Position numbers and translations under genes: made by a program. The notes below the pieces were generated by a model. It ran no database searches and had not been told where the DNA came from. It worked only from the letters and a program-made list of their open reading frames with translations. A DNA stretch of 64,000 bases from an uncultured bacterium (lineage in GTDB: Bacteria; Patescibacteriota; Microgenomatia; Levybacterales; UBA12049). Of this stretch, positions 9,510-16,678 are shown one piece after another. Location: assembly GCA_963826535.1 (NCBI GenBank), contig CAWGXL010000011.1, positions 576,809-640,808 of the forward strand, written 5' to 3'. The stretch's first letter is position 1. Every line of letters starts with the position of its first letter.

Positions 9510-11540
9510 TTAATTTGGAGTTATGATAAGGTTGGGGCTGTTAAGGCTTTCTTTAGAGCCGAATTCTATTCTTCCATTTTCTCCTTCATCAGTTTTTTTG
9601 ATAAGCCAGCCGTAGTCTTCGCTTGAGCCATTGATAAACTCTTGAATGTCTGTAGTTACATCAAATTCTACTATGCCTGTTTGATTATTGGAGATTGCAG
9701 TTGTTACAGTAGGTGTTGATATAAAAGGCCAAAAAATACTGTTCGTCATATTCCACTGTGTAGGTCCGCTACAGTTATCAACAGTATTGTTAATATTTGA
9801 ATCGGTAGCACACTTCCATGTCGTTCCCAAGCCTGTTCCCTTCACAGGAGGCGTATTATTATCATTAAATCCATTACCTTCTGCCCAATCTGATGATAAT
9901 CTATGTATTCCAATTGTTCTTCCTCCAGTTCCCCAATTATTTCCATTATCAGATATTGTTAATTGTAATTTTGCACTAAAGTTTTGACTGTTTCCGACAG
10001 CCTCTTCAATTTGTGATTGGTCAAAACGAACGAGAGCCCGGTTTTTTCCTTGTAACTGTACTCTCATAAAAGTGGATGATCCCTCGTTTTCATTTGGTGA
10101 TCCTTGTTTTATATACGAGTCCGCTATAGGCGTAAGTGTCGTAGGTGGAGTATTATTGACAGTGATCGTGATCGCCACAGTATCAGACTCAATCGGCGTA
10201 CCATCGTCTGTGACTGTAAACTCTATATTCGTATATGTGCCCTCCTGACTGTAATTAGGAGTCCAAGAGAATGTTGCAGTTTGCGGGTCGAATGTTGCAC
10301 CTTCCGGGAGGTTGTTAGCGCTGTAGGTAAGGTTGTTACCGTCTGGATCAGTTGCTGTAATAGTGAATTGAAGAATTTGTCCTTCATCTATGATTTTATC
10401 ACTGACTGAAGTAAGAAAAGGCTCTTGGTTATTTGGGATGATCCCATCCCACAAGAAAATCTCAGCATCATTATCCACGTATCCAGGCCAAATTACATAT
10501 TCATTATCAATAATAGGTGAAGAATCATGATAGTCATTACTCGTTATCTGAAGTGTTACTCCACTTGAAATATAGTAGAGAAAAATTTCAGGATCAGTGC
10601 CTTTATATTGATACCACGTAACTTTTTCGTGGCTGAACCAAGGTGAATTATCACTATAATTATTGTTAGTTATTTGGGTTGTTATGCCGGTAGTAACGTC
10701 ATAGAGAAAAATTTCATTATCAGTGCCATCGTTTTCAGTCCACACAACCTTTCCATCATTTATCGGGGGAATATAGTCAATACTGCTGTTATTGGTTATC
10801 TGACTCGTTGTGCCAGTTGCACTGTCGTAGATGAGAATTTCAATATGGGAGCCAACATATCTAGACCAAACTACCCTTCCATCGCTTATTTGAGGAGAAC
10901 GATCATCATAGCTATCGTTGGTTATTTGAGTTGTTGCTCCGGTTGCAATGTGGTAGAGAAAAATTTCACTATCAGTGTCATCATATCTAGACCAAACAAC
11001 CCTCCCATCATTAACTTGGGGTGAGGTACTCCCATGGTTAGTTATCTGGATCGTTGTTGCAGTGGCAATGTCGTAGAGGAAAATACCGTCAGAGCTAGCC
11101 CACACAACCTTTCCATCGTTGATTTGAGCGCCACCATCGCTATAAATATTGTTAGTTATCTGGATCGTTGTTGCAGTGGCAATGTCGTAGAGGAAAATTT
11201 CTGTATCAGTACCGTCAGAGCCGGTCCATACAACCTTTCCATCATTAATTCGAAGATCTGGATTGTAAAAGTTATTGCTATTTATCTGAGTGGTTGTCCC
11301 AGTTGCAATGTCATGGAGAAAAATCTCAGAAGAATTAAATCCAGTACCATGGTACCATGTAATTTTTCCATTGCTTATTTGGGGAGAATAATCATTATAA
11401 TTATTAGATGTTAACTGAGTTATCTCGGCCATTACAGTTGAAATTCCCACTGTCATTGATAATACTATTAACATCACTAAGACCAGGCATATTTGCATCG
11501 ACTGTACTACAAATCTAAATAATTGGCTAAAGTTTATCAT
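9510..11540 (-). CDS. Secreted repeat protein: signal peptide, about 8 PD40/TolB-like beta-propeller repeats, an Ig-like (He_PIG/cadherin-like) domain and a C-terminal glycan-binding-like (DNRLRE-like) domain
   Basis: N-terminal hydrophobic signal (MINFSQLF...VGISTVMA). The repeat unit is about 42 aa: DGKVVW...DTEIFLYDIATGTTTQITNN.Y.D.SPQI. Then comes TITATDPDGNNLTYSANNLPEGATFDPQTATFSWTP...YTNIEFTVTDDG (Ig-like), then ADSYIKQGSPNENEGSSTFMRVQL...RALVRFD...SDWAEGNG. The antisense ORFs 10674..11024 and 11034..11414 are artefacts of the sense repeats. Confidence 0.6.
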   Translation of the reverse strand: MINFSQLFRFVVQSMQICLVLVMLIVLSMTVGISTVMAEITQLTSNNYNDYSPQISNGKITWYHGTGFNSSEIFLHDIATGTTTQINSNNFYNPDLRINDGKVVWTGSDGTDTEIFLYDIATATTIQITNNIYSDGGAQINDGKVVWASSDGIFLYDIATATTIQITNHGSTSPQVNDGRVVWSRYDDTDSEIFLYHIATGATTQITNDSYDDRSPQISDGRVVWSRYVGSHIEILIYDSATGTTSQITNNSSIDYIPPINDGKVVWTENDGTDNEIFLYDVTTGITTQITNNNYSDNSPWFSHEKVTWYQYKGTDPEIFLYYISSGVTLQITSNDYHDSSPIIDNEYVIWPGYVDNDAEIFLWDGIIPNNQEPFLTSVSDKIIDEGQILQFTITATDPDGNNLTYSANNLPEGATFDPQTATFSWTPNYSQEGTYTNIEFTVTDDGTPIESDTVAITITVNNTPPTTLTPIADSYIKQGSPNENEGSSTFMRVQLQGKNRALVRFDQSQIEEAVGNSQNFSAKLQLTISDNGNNWGTGGRTIGIHRLSSDWAEGNGFNDNNTPPVKGTGLGTTWKCATDSNINNTVDNCSGPTQWNMTNSIFWPFISTPTVTTAISNNQTGIVEFDVTTDIQEFINGSSEDYGWLIKKTDEGENGRIEFGSKESLNSPNLIITPN

Positions 11541-11592
11541 TATTTTTTATAAATAAGAGCTATAATATTAATGTTAAAGAGTAATTTTTTAA

Positions 11593-11808
11593 TTGTCAAG
11601 ATTGCTAAACATCTACGGATTTGATTGGGTAGCACTGAGGCAGGGGAATAATTATGAGTTTGCTCCGCTTCCTGAATATTCCCTAATGCTTCTGGCAATT
11701 CTGCCGTTGTTGCCAAAGCTTTTGAAACGGCTTCAGCGGCGGAGACGACTGATAATGGCTGATTATAGTCAAAATGATAGATTTAGGAACTTGAGATATG
11801 GAGTATAG
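11593..11808 (+). pseudogene. Orphan 71-aa ORF carrying only a copy of the C-terminal cassette of the giant protein (NNYEFAPLPEYSLMLLAILPLLPKLLKRLQRRRR); likely a gene remnant or a detached sorting-signal fragment
   Basis: Nucleotide-level similarity to 9065..9165 (AATTTTGAGTTTGCACCCCTGCCTGATTTCTCG vs AATTATGAGTTTGCTCCGCTTCCTGAATATTCC). There is no upstream domain. It lies between two convergent/divergent minus-strand genes. Confidence 0.4.
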
Positions 11809-11935
11809 GTGAGAATGGTGATTGTTTCATTGTTTTGTTAATCAATTGTTCCATTGTTGAATTGCTATGAAGATATATTTGCAGTTGAATGATATTGATT
11901 TTATATTGGACGAGGGAGGAGAAGTATAAACTAAA

Positions 11936-13084
11936 CTATGGGAAAACTAGACCGTACTTCCATATACCGTTACCTCCACATGCTCCGTATACTGTGCGAT
12001 TAAGAGCTAGTCTAGGAACAGCAATTGAGTAGTATCCACCGCAGAGATCACTGTATGGAGGGTTACCATTGAGACGTGTCCAACTGTTACCGGAATTATT
12101 ACTTAGGTATAAACCGTCACCACCGGTGCCTGCATAAAGTCTTTGACCAATTCCAAAGACAATATCCTGTACATCTGTTGGTGGGATACCGCTACTTGCA
12201 GGTTGCCAAGTTGTTCCTCCGTCCAGACTTTTTATGAGGTGATTGACTCCATCAAGCGCGTCGCTTCCTACAAAAACCGTTTGGTTTGTAGCATAATTTG
12301 GAGAAAGGACTACAGACCATGCACTTATAGTGTTTTCGATAAACGGTATTGAAAGAGTCCAGGTTGCACCACCATCAATGCTTTTTATAACACCAACGCT
12401 ACTTGGCGGAGCTTGCATATGAAGAGTCGCAAAAACCGTTTGGCCTGTTGAGTAGTTTGGAGAAAATCCGAAATCAGTAATACCTTGCCATGATGCGTCG
12501 TCTGGAAGGGGATGAATTACTTGCCAGGTATTCCCACCATCGGTGCTTTTTGCCAAGAGACTTGTTGTTGAGGCAATGCTACTTGCGATAAAAACCGTAT
12601 GGTCAGCTGCGAAATTGGGTGAAATGCCTATTTCCAATCCAGTAACCGTTGGATAATCTTGTGCCAATTGGGAATTAACAACTTGCCAGCTTGCTCCTCC
12701 GTCTGTACTGCGATAGACAGTACTCATATGAGGAAAACTTACAAAGACTGTTTGATCTGTTGCATAATTTGGAGAGACTGCAATCGAAGGACGGTAAGGG
12801 TCGAATGAAGATGGATTGGCAGGAGGTAGGCCGTTGGTCAACTGTGTCCATGTTCCACCTGCATTAGTACTTTTGTAAATTCCCTCAGCTGTATTGGCAA
12901 ATAATGTCCGTTCAAAAAGCAATGTCGGTGCCAACGCTACAGATCCAGTAGGAATATCTGTCAGGCCAAGGTGTTTCCAGCCATTGAGTCCTGGAAATAG
13001 TTGTGCTGAAGCATGAGGTGAATATAGACTAAAGAAGAAAGCTACAAAAATTAAAATAACAATTTTGTATACTTTGAGGACCAT
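11936..13084 (-). CDS. Secreted BNR/Asp-box repeat beta-propeller protein (sialidase-like / Ycf48-like fold)
   Basis: Signal peptide MVLKVYKIVILIFVAFFFSLYSPHASA. Six S-x-D-G-G-x-[TS]-W Asp-boxes: KSTNAGGTWTQL, RSTDGGASWQVV, KSTDGGNTWQVI, KSIDGGATWTLS, KSLDGGTTWQPA, LSNNSGNSWTRL. Confidence 0.75.
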   Translation of the reverse strand: MVLKVYKIVILIFVAFFFSLYSPHASAQLFPGLNGWKHLGLTDIPTGSVALAPTLLFERTLFANTAEGIYKSTNAGGTWTQLTNGLPPANPSSFDPYRPSIAVSPNYATDQTVFVSFPHMSTVYRSTDGGASWQVVNSQLAQDYPTVTGLEIGISPNFAADHTVFIASSIASTTSLLAKSTDGGNTWQVIHPLPDDASWQGITDFGFSPNYSTGQTVFATLHMQAPPSSVGVIKSIDGGATWTLSIPFIENTISAWSVVLSPNYATNQTVFVGSDALDGVNHLIKSLDGGTTWQPASSGIPPTDVQDIVFGIGQRLYAGTGGDGLYLSNNSGNSWTRLNGNPPYSDLCGGYYSIAVPRLALNRTVYGACGGNGIWKYGLVFP

Positions 13085-13181
13085 AATTATTTATATTGTT
13101 AGGTTAACAGTAATTCAGAAAAATGTCAAATGTGCGAAATGTTTGCGAATTATTTTTCTTTAATATGCAGTAGTTAGTCTT

Positions 13182-13430
13182 TTAACGGCGGTGGGATTTG
13201 GATGAAAGTTTTGATGCGATGTACAGCAAAAGCATGACGACCAACGTCAGCGCGAGAAGAATTTGGACATTAATACCGCTTGAGATCTGATAGCGGTGCA
13301 GTGGGTTCGAGAACTTCGGGACTTGGGGTATTACGTTATAATCTTCGAACGGTCGGGATGACAATGGGTTATGTTTTAAATAGTTCTTTGTGTGTTCCGA
13401 GGAGTGAAAAATAGGCAATCGTCTCGTCAC
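13182..13430 (-). CDS. Small hypothetical membrane protein (C-terminal TM helix ...INVQILLALTLVVMLLLYIASKLSSKSHRR); its 3' end is duplicated at 13944..14047
   Basis: An 82-aa ORF. The last ~35 codons lie in the 105-bp direct repeat. The 5' part overlaps the toxin gene in another frame, so the true start is uncertain. Confidence 0.35.
   Translation of the reverse strand: MTRRLPIFHSSEHTKNYLKHNPLSSRPFEDYNVIPQVPKFSNPLHRYQISSGINVQILLALTLVVMLLLYIASKLSSKSHRR
13186..13290. repeat. Left copy of a ~105-bp imperfect direct repeat flanking the toxin-antitoxin module
   Basis: CGGCGGTGGGATTTGGATGAAAGTTTTGATGCGATGTACAGCAAAAGCATGACGACCAACGTCAGCGCGAGAAGAATTTGGACATTAATAC is about 93% identical to 13944..14047. 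Confidence 0.8.
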
Positions 13431-13641
13431 CTGATTGTACTTCTTCGTAAAATGCCCGGTAGTCGTTGGTTATATCAATACTTCTATACCCCTCATACCC
13501 CCTCTGAAGTGCATGGTTATTGAGGACTGGCTCTTGGAGATTTTTCTCAAAGATTTTAATTCTTTCAAGGAAACTCTTGCGGATTCTCACGTCAAGTTTC
13601 TTCAATTTTTTCAGTAATTGGGGGCTTACCTGTGTTTTCAT
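13369..13641 (-). CDS. Type II toxin, RelE/ParE superfamily (YafQ/HigB-like mRNA interferase)
   Basis: A 90-aa protein with the C-terminal RelE/ParE signature ...YEGYRSIDITNDYRAFYEEVQ...IAYFSLLGTHKELF. Its start overlaps the upstream antitoxin stop (ATGA). Confidence 0.7.
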   Translation of the reverse strand: MKTQVSPQLLKKLKKLDVRIRKSFLERIKIFEKNLQEPVLNNHALQRGYEGYRSIDITNDYRAFYEEVQSGDETIAYFSLLGTHKELFKT

Positions 13642-13916
13642 ACACCTTGCTTGTGCAGCCAGGCAATCATTTCATCTGCAGAATCAAATATTGGCGAGGC
13701 TTTTCCTGCTTTTCTATTTTCTCTTGCTTTTTTTAGTTGTGCTTTTGCATAAGGAGTAAGTTTTTCACCGGTAAACGTAATTGCTTTTCTTCTCGCAAAC
13801 TCTTTAAGTAACCCAGTGATAACAGCACTTAGACTCAACCCCATCTCTTTGGCAGTTTTTTGTGCGTCATCTTTCACCCTCCGGTCTGTTTTTATGAGTA
13901 TAGATACTGTATTCAT
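13638..13916 (-). CDS. Type II antitoxin, RelB/DinJ family (ribbon-helix-helix)
   Basis: A 92-aa protein: MNTVSILIKTDRRVKDDAQKTAKEMGLSLSAVITGLLKEF matches the DinJ/RelB RHH N-terminus. It is the first gene of a two-gene operon with the toxin. Confidence 0.7.
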   Translation of the reverse strand: MNTVSILIKTDRRVKDDAQKTAKEMGLSLSAVITGLLKEFARRKAITFTGEKLTPYAKAQLKKARENRKAGKASPIFDSADEMIAWLHKQGV

Positions 13917-13943
13917 ATAGTAAAATTATATCTTTTTTATATA

Positions 13944-14047
13944 TTCTGTCAAGCGCGGTGGGATTTGGATGAAAGTTTTGATGCAATGTACAGCAAAAGC
14001 ATGACGATCAAGGTCAGCGCGAGAAGAATTTGGACATTAATACTGAT
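13944..14047. repeat. Right copy of the ~105-bp direct repeat. On the minus strand it encodes a truncated 38-aa copy (MNNFWEISINVQILLALTLIVMLLLYIASKLSSKSHRA) of the small membrane protein's C-terminus
   Basis: Direct alignment with 13186..13290. The residual short ORF is below the 60-aa track threshold. Confidence 0.75.
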
Positions 14048-14556
14048 TTCCCAGAAATTATTCATTTTTACCAAATTGTATGCTTTATCGATCAGGCTTC
14101 CAGTCTGGTATCATTGTATATGAACAATAAAATGATAAATAAGAAGAAGTTTTTATCTAATGTGATGGAGATTTTTGGTAGATTATCTATGAGACCTGGT
14201 AGACTTCTTGTAAAAAGCAATATAAATCAGCAGTATTGTCACTGCTAAAAGTAGTGTTATGATAAGGAATCTAGTATTAATATCGAGAAAAAATGCTTCG
14301 TTCATATATATACTTGCTCGTCCAGTTTTACGGCTAAAACTAAAAATATGATAGCAGCGATAATATCGTATGTCAATGACAAGAAGCCTGGAAGTGAATT
14401 TATAGGTACGAAATTAGGTGTGATTATGACTAAGCCTAGAGCTGCTGCTGCTAAATTGGTAGATAGACCAGAAAGGACTCTCAGGAGTGACTTATTGCCA
14501 AAAAATTTTCTCATTAAAAATACTCTACTGATTTTAGAGATATCTGTCAATATTGT

Positions 14557-15147
14557 ATGAAAAATGTTTTGAAAGCGGCCAGACTTCATCCTTCAAAGGA
14601 GATGTTTATCACTATCTTTCTTATTTTGGTCTTGATGCTTATGCTTTTTCCTTTCATGTCGACGTTTAATGATGTATTGACGAGGATTGTTATTAATTTT
14701 AAGGGGTATTGGTTTATTAGGGAGGTTATTGTGCCGTTTGAGGTGAAGATGGTGGGGGCGATACTTTCGCTAATGGGCATGCAGGTTACGTTGACCAAGG
14801 AGTATGTCGTAATCGGGCAGGCTGAGCCGTTTGTGGCGGAGATTATGTGGAATTGTATCGGGTGGCAGTCGCTGCTTTTCTTCATAACGACTTCATGGGT
14901 GGGATTACAAGGAGACCGCTACACAAATTTTTCAAAACTTAAAGCCTTTGTAATAGGACTTCTTGGTACTTTTCTTATTAATATTTTCCGGATTGTTATC
15001 GTTATATTAATCGCTTATTATGCCGGGCAATTTGTGGCTGCTATTGTGCATGATTACGGGTCGCTTCTGGTGAGCATTGGCTGGCTGTTTTTCTACTGGT
15101 GGTTTGTGTACAGTTTTGTGCTAGAGGAGAGGGATGCTTCTAGTTAG
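14557..15147 (+). CDS. Small (196-aa) polytopic membrane protein with an exosortase/archaeosortase-like signature (candidate sorting transpeptidase)
   Basis: Five or six predicted TM helices. FVAEIMWNCIGWQSL resembles the exosortase active-site block V.EaCSG.rSL. GTFLINIFRIVIVIL, 47 residues later, matches the conserved N-x-x-R block; the Cys...Arg spacing of 41-47 residues is as in ArtA/XrtA. The gene lies about 3-5 kb from two ORFs carrying a PEP-CTERM-like tripartite tail. The membrane-protein call is solid; the family call is tentative. Confidence 0.45.
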   Translation: MKNVLKAARLHPSKEMFITIFLILVLMLMLFPFMSTFNDVLTRIVINFKGYWFIREVIVPFEVKMVGAILSLMGMQVTLTKEYVVIGQAEPFVAEIMWNCIGWQSLLFFITTSWVGLQGDRYTNFSKLKAFVIGLLGTFLINIFRIVIVILIAYYAGQFVAAIVHDYGSLLVSIGWLFFYWWFVYSFVLEERDASS

Positions 15148-15254
15148 TTTTAAGCCGTTTTCTCAACCAAAGGTTGAGTTCTGTTCCCCATACAATGCTT
15201 ACTTGCTCCCGAGGTCTACGTCCTCGCGTCGCAAGAGCGCATGTTCGGGGCAGG
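15148..15254. repeat. ~107-bp palindrome-rich insert between two imperfect direct copies (15101..15147 and 15255..15304) of the 3' end of the exosortase-like gene
   Basis: Hairpins CTCAACCAAAGGTTGAG and CTTGCTCCCGAGGTCTACGTCCTCGCGTCGCAAG. The flanking copies are GGTTTGTGTACAGTTTTGTGCTAGAGGAGAGGGATGCTTCTAGTTAG and GGTTTGTGTACTCGTTTGTGCTAGAAGAGAAGGATAGCAATATGCAGTAG. Confidence 0.6.
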
Positions 15255-15342
15255 GGTTTGTGTACTCGTTTGTGCTAGAAGAGAAGGATAGCAATATGCA
15301 GTAGGCTTCTGTTATGATTTATTTTTCCAATGTATTTTCGAA

Positions 15343-16326
15343 ATGAATAAAATGTTTTTTTTGTTATTGATACTAAGTCTGGCAGGAAATGCTTTGTGGG
15401 CATTTAATGTTTTTCAGCCTCAAAAAAAAGACCAAGTTCAAGTTATAGAGACGAAGAATAAGTATCCTTTACTCGCCAAAAGGATTTTTATTGAAGACCG
15501 CAATGATGTTATCATCAATTTTATTTCTCTCCGAATGGATCTCAGCGAGTTGGCTGCGAAAGAAGAAGGAAAGATGGGAATATTTTTTGAATATCTTCCA
15601 ACCGGGGTAACAATTGGTATCAATGAAGAGGAAGGGTTTCGGCGCGCAAGTCTTGTCAAGGTGCCGACTGTAATGAGGGCATATAAATTAATAGAGGAAG
15701 AGAAATTGTCCAAACAACAAGTTCTAATTGTCGAAAAAAAGCACTTAGATTCAGGGTTTGGTAAGCTTTACAAAGAAGGCGTGGGAACAAAACTTACTGT
15801 AGAAGAAGTAATAGACTTGATACTTTTAAAATCAGATAATACTGCCTATAATGTGCTCAGAGATGAAATTAATGAAATGTTTAATAAAGAGCAAGGATCG
15901 GATAATGAGATATTGTCTGTTTATGAGTATTTGGATATTCCGAAAGAGGCTGATCAGAATACTTTGGAAATATCTCCCAAAAATTTTAGTTCAATGCTCA
16001 TGAGTCTTCATTTTTCGTCATATTTGTCGCTTGAAAGCTCGAATGAGATACTGGATATTATGTCCAAGAGAGCTAAAAGCTTCAATATGATTTCTGCTGC
16101 AGTGCCAAAGGAGATAAAGGTTGCTGATAAATTTGGTGTCAATGCAGAGGGAGAAAATGAGATTGTCACCTCTGATTGCGGGATTGTATATGTGCCTAAG
16201 CGGCCATACATATTGTGCGTGATGGTGAAGGAGCGCCCGGAAGTGGCGGCAGAAAAGATTCTTGCAGTCTCGAAGTTGGTATATGATTTTGTTTCAAAAG
16301 TGAATCCTCCTAATACGGGTGATTGA
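15343..16326 (+). CDS. Secreted serine hydrolase of the class A beta-lactamase family (beta-lactamase-like / DD-peptidase-like)
   Basis: Signal peptide MNKMFFLLLILSLAGNALWA. It carries the S-x-x-K motif (RASLVKVPTV), the SDN motif (LLKSDNTAYNVL) and a KTG-like triad (KFGVN). Confidence 0.6.
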   Translation: MNKMFFLLLILSLAGNALWAFNVFQPQKKDQVQVIETKNKYPLLAKRIFIEDRNDVIINFISLRMDLSELAAKEEGKMGIFFEYLPTGVTIGINEEEGFRRASLVKVPTVMRAYKLIEEEKLSKQQVLIVEKKHLDSGFGKLYKEGVGTKLTVEEVIDLILLKSDNTAYNVLRDEINEMFNKEQGSDNEILSVYEYLDIPKEADQNTLEISPKNFSSMLMSLHFSSYLSLESSNEILDIMSKRAKSFNMISAAVPKEIKVADKFGVNAEGENEIVTSDCGIVYVPKRPYILCVMVKERPEVAAEKILAVSKLVYDFVSKVNPPNTGD

Positions 16327-16678
16327 TAAGGCTTATGGATTAAGCTTCTAATTATCCTCTTCTTTCCGGTTGAAAACCATTAAAAAGAAAATTATGCCCA
16401 TGTAGAAGCCTACTGTAAAAATTCCAAAATCTAACATCATAGTGAAGAATAATGGGGCAGTAATCCGTCAGCAGACGGAGGGGGCAGAAAAGTAAATTCA
16501 TTCTAACTTTCAGAGATCGTACTGTCAAGCAGAACTAATTACTGATATAATAGTTGCGTCCTTATAAGTGTAAATTTTCGTACTATATAAAGATATCCTT
16601 ATTACTATGGGTATTTTGTGGATAAGTTGTGAATAAGGGGTTTAGGGACAGGAGATATTTTGTAGTATCATTGTAAAT

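Noticed and set aside
10674-11414. Two repetitive plus-strand ORFs (116 and 126 aa) with internally repeated segments
   Set aside because: They are antisense images of the PD40-like repeats of the minus-strand gene 9510..11540. The periodicity comes from the sense-strand protein repeats, and this is not a CRISPR array: there are no unique spacers and it is coding on the other strand.
12143-12352. Plus-strand 69-aa ORF
   Set aside because: Antisense within the BNR-repeat CDS.
13435-14248. Plus-strand ORFs 13435..13617, 13520..13759, 13860..14123 and 14030..14248
   Set aside because: They overlap the toxin/antitoxin genes and the duplicated 3'-end repeat on the opposite strand. They are hydrophobic, low-complexity and without motifs. 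The TA pair and the direct repeats explain the region.
14302-14589. Minus-strand 95-aa ORF, and plus-strand 14348..14560, upstream of the exosortase-like gene
   Set aside because: They overlap each other and the start of 14557..15147 and have no motifs. A small membrane protein cannot be excluded, but the evidence is insufficient to call a gene.
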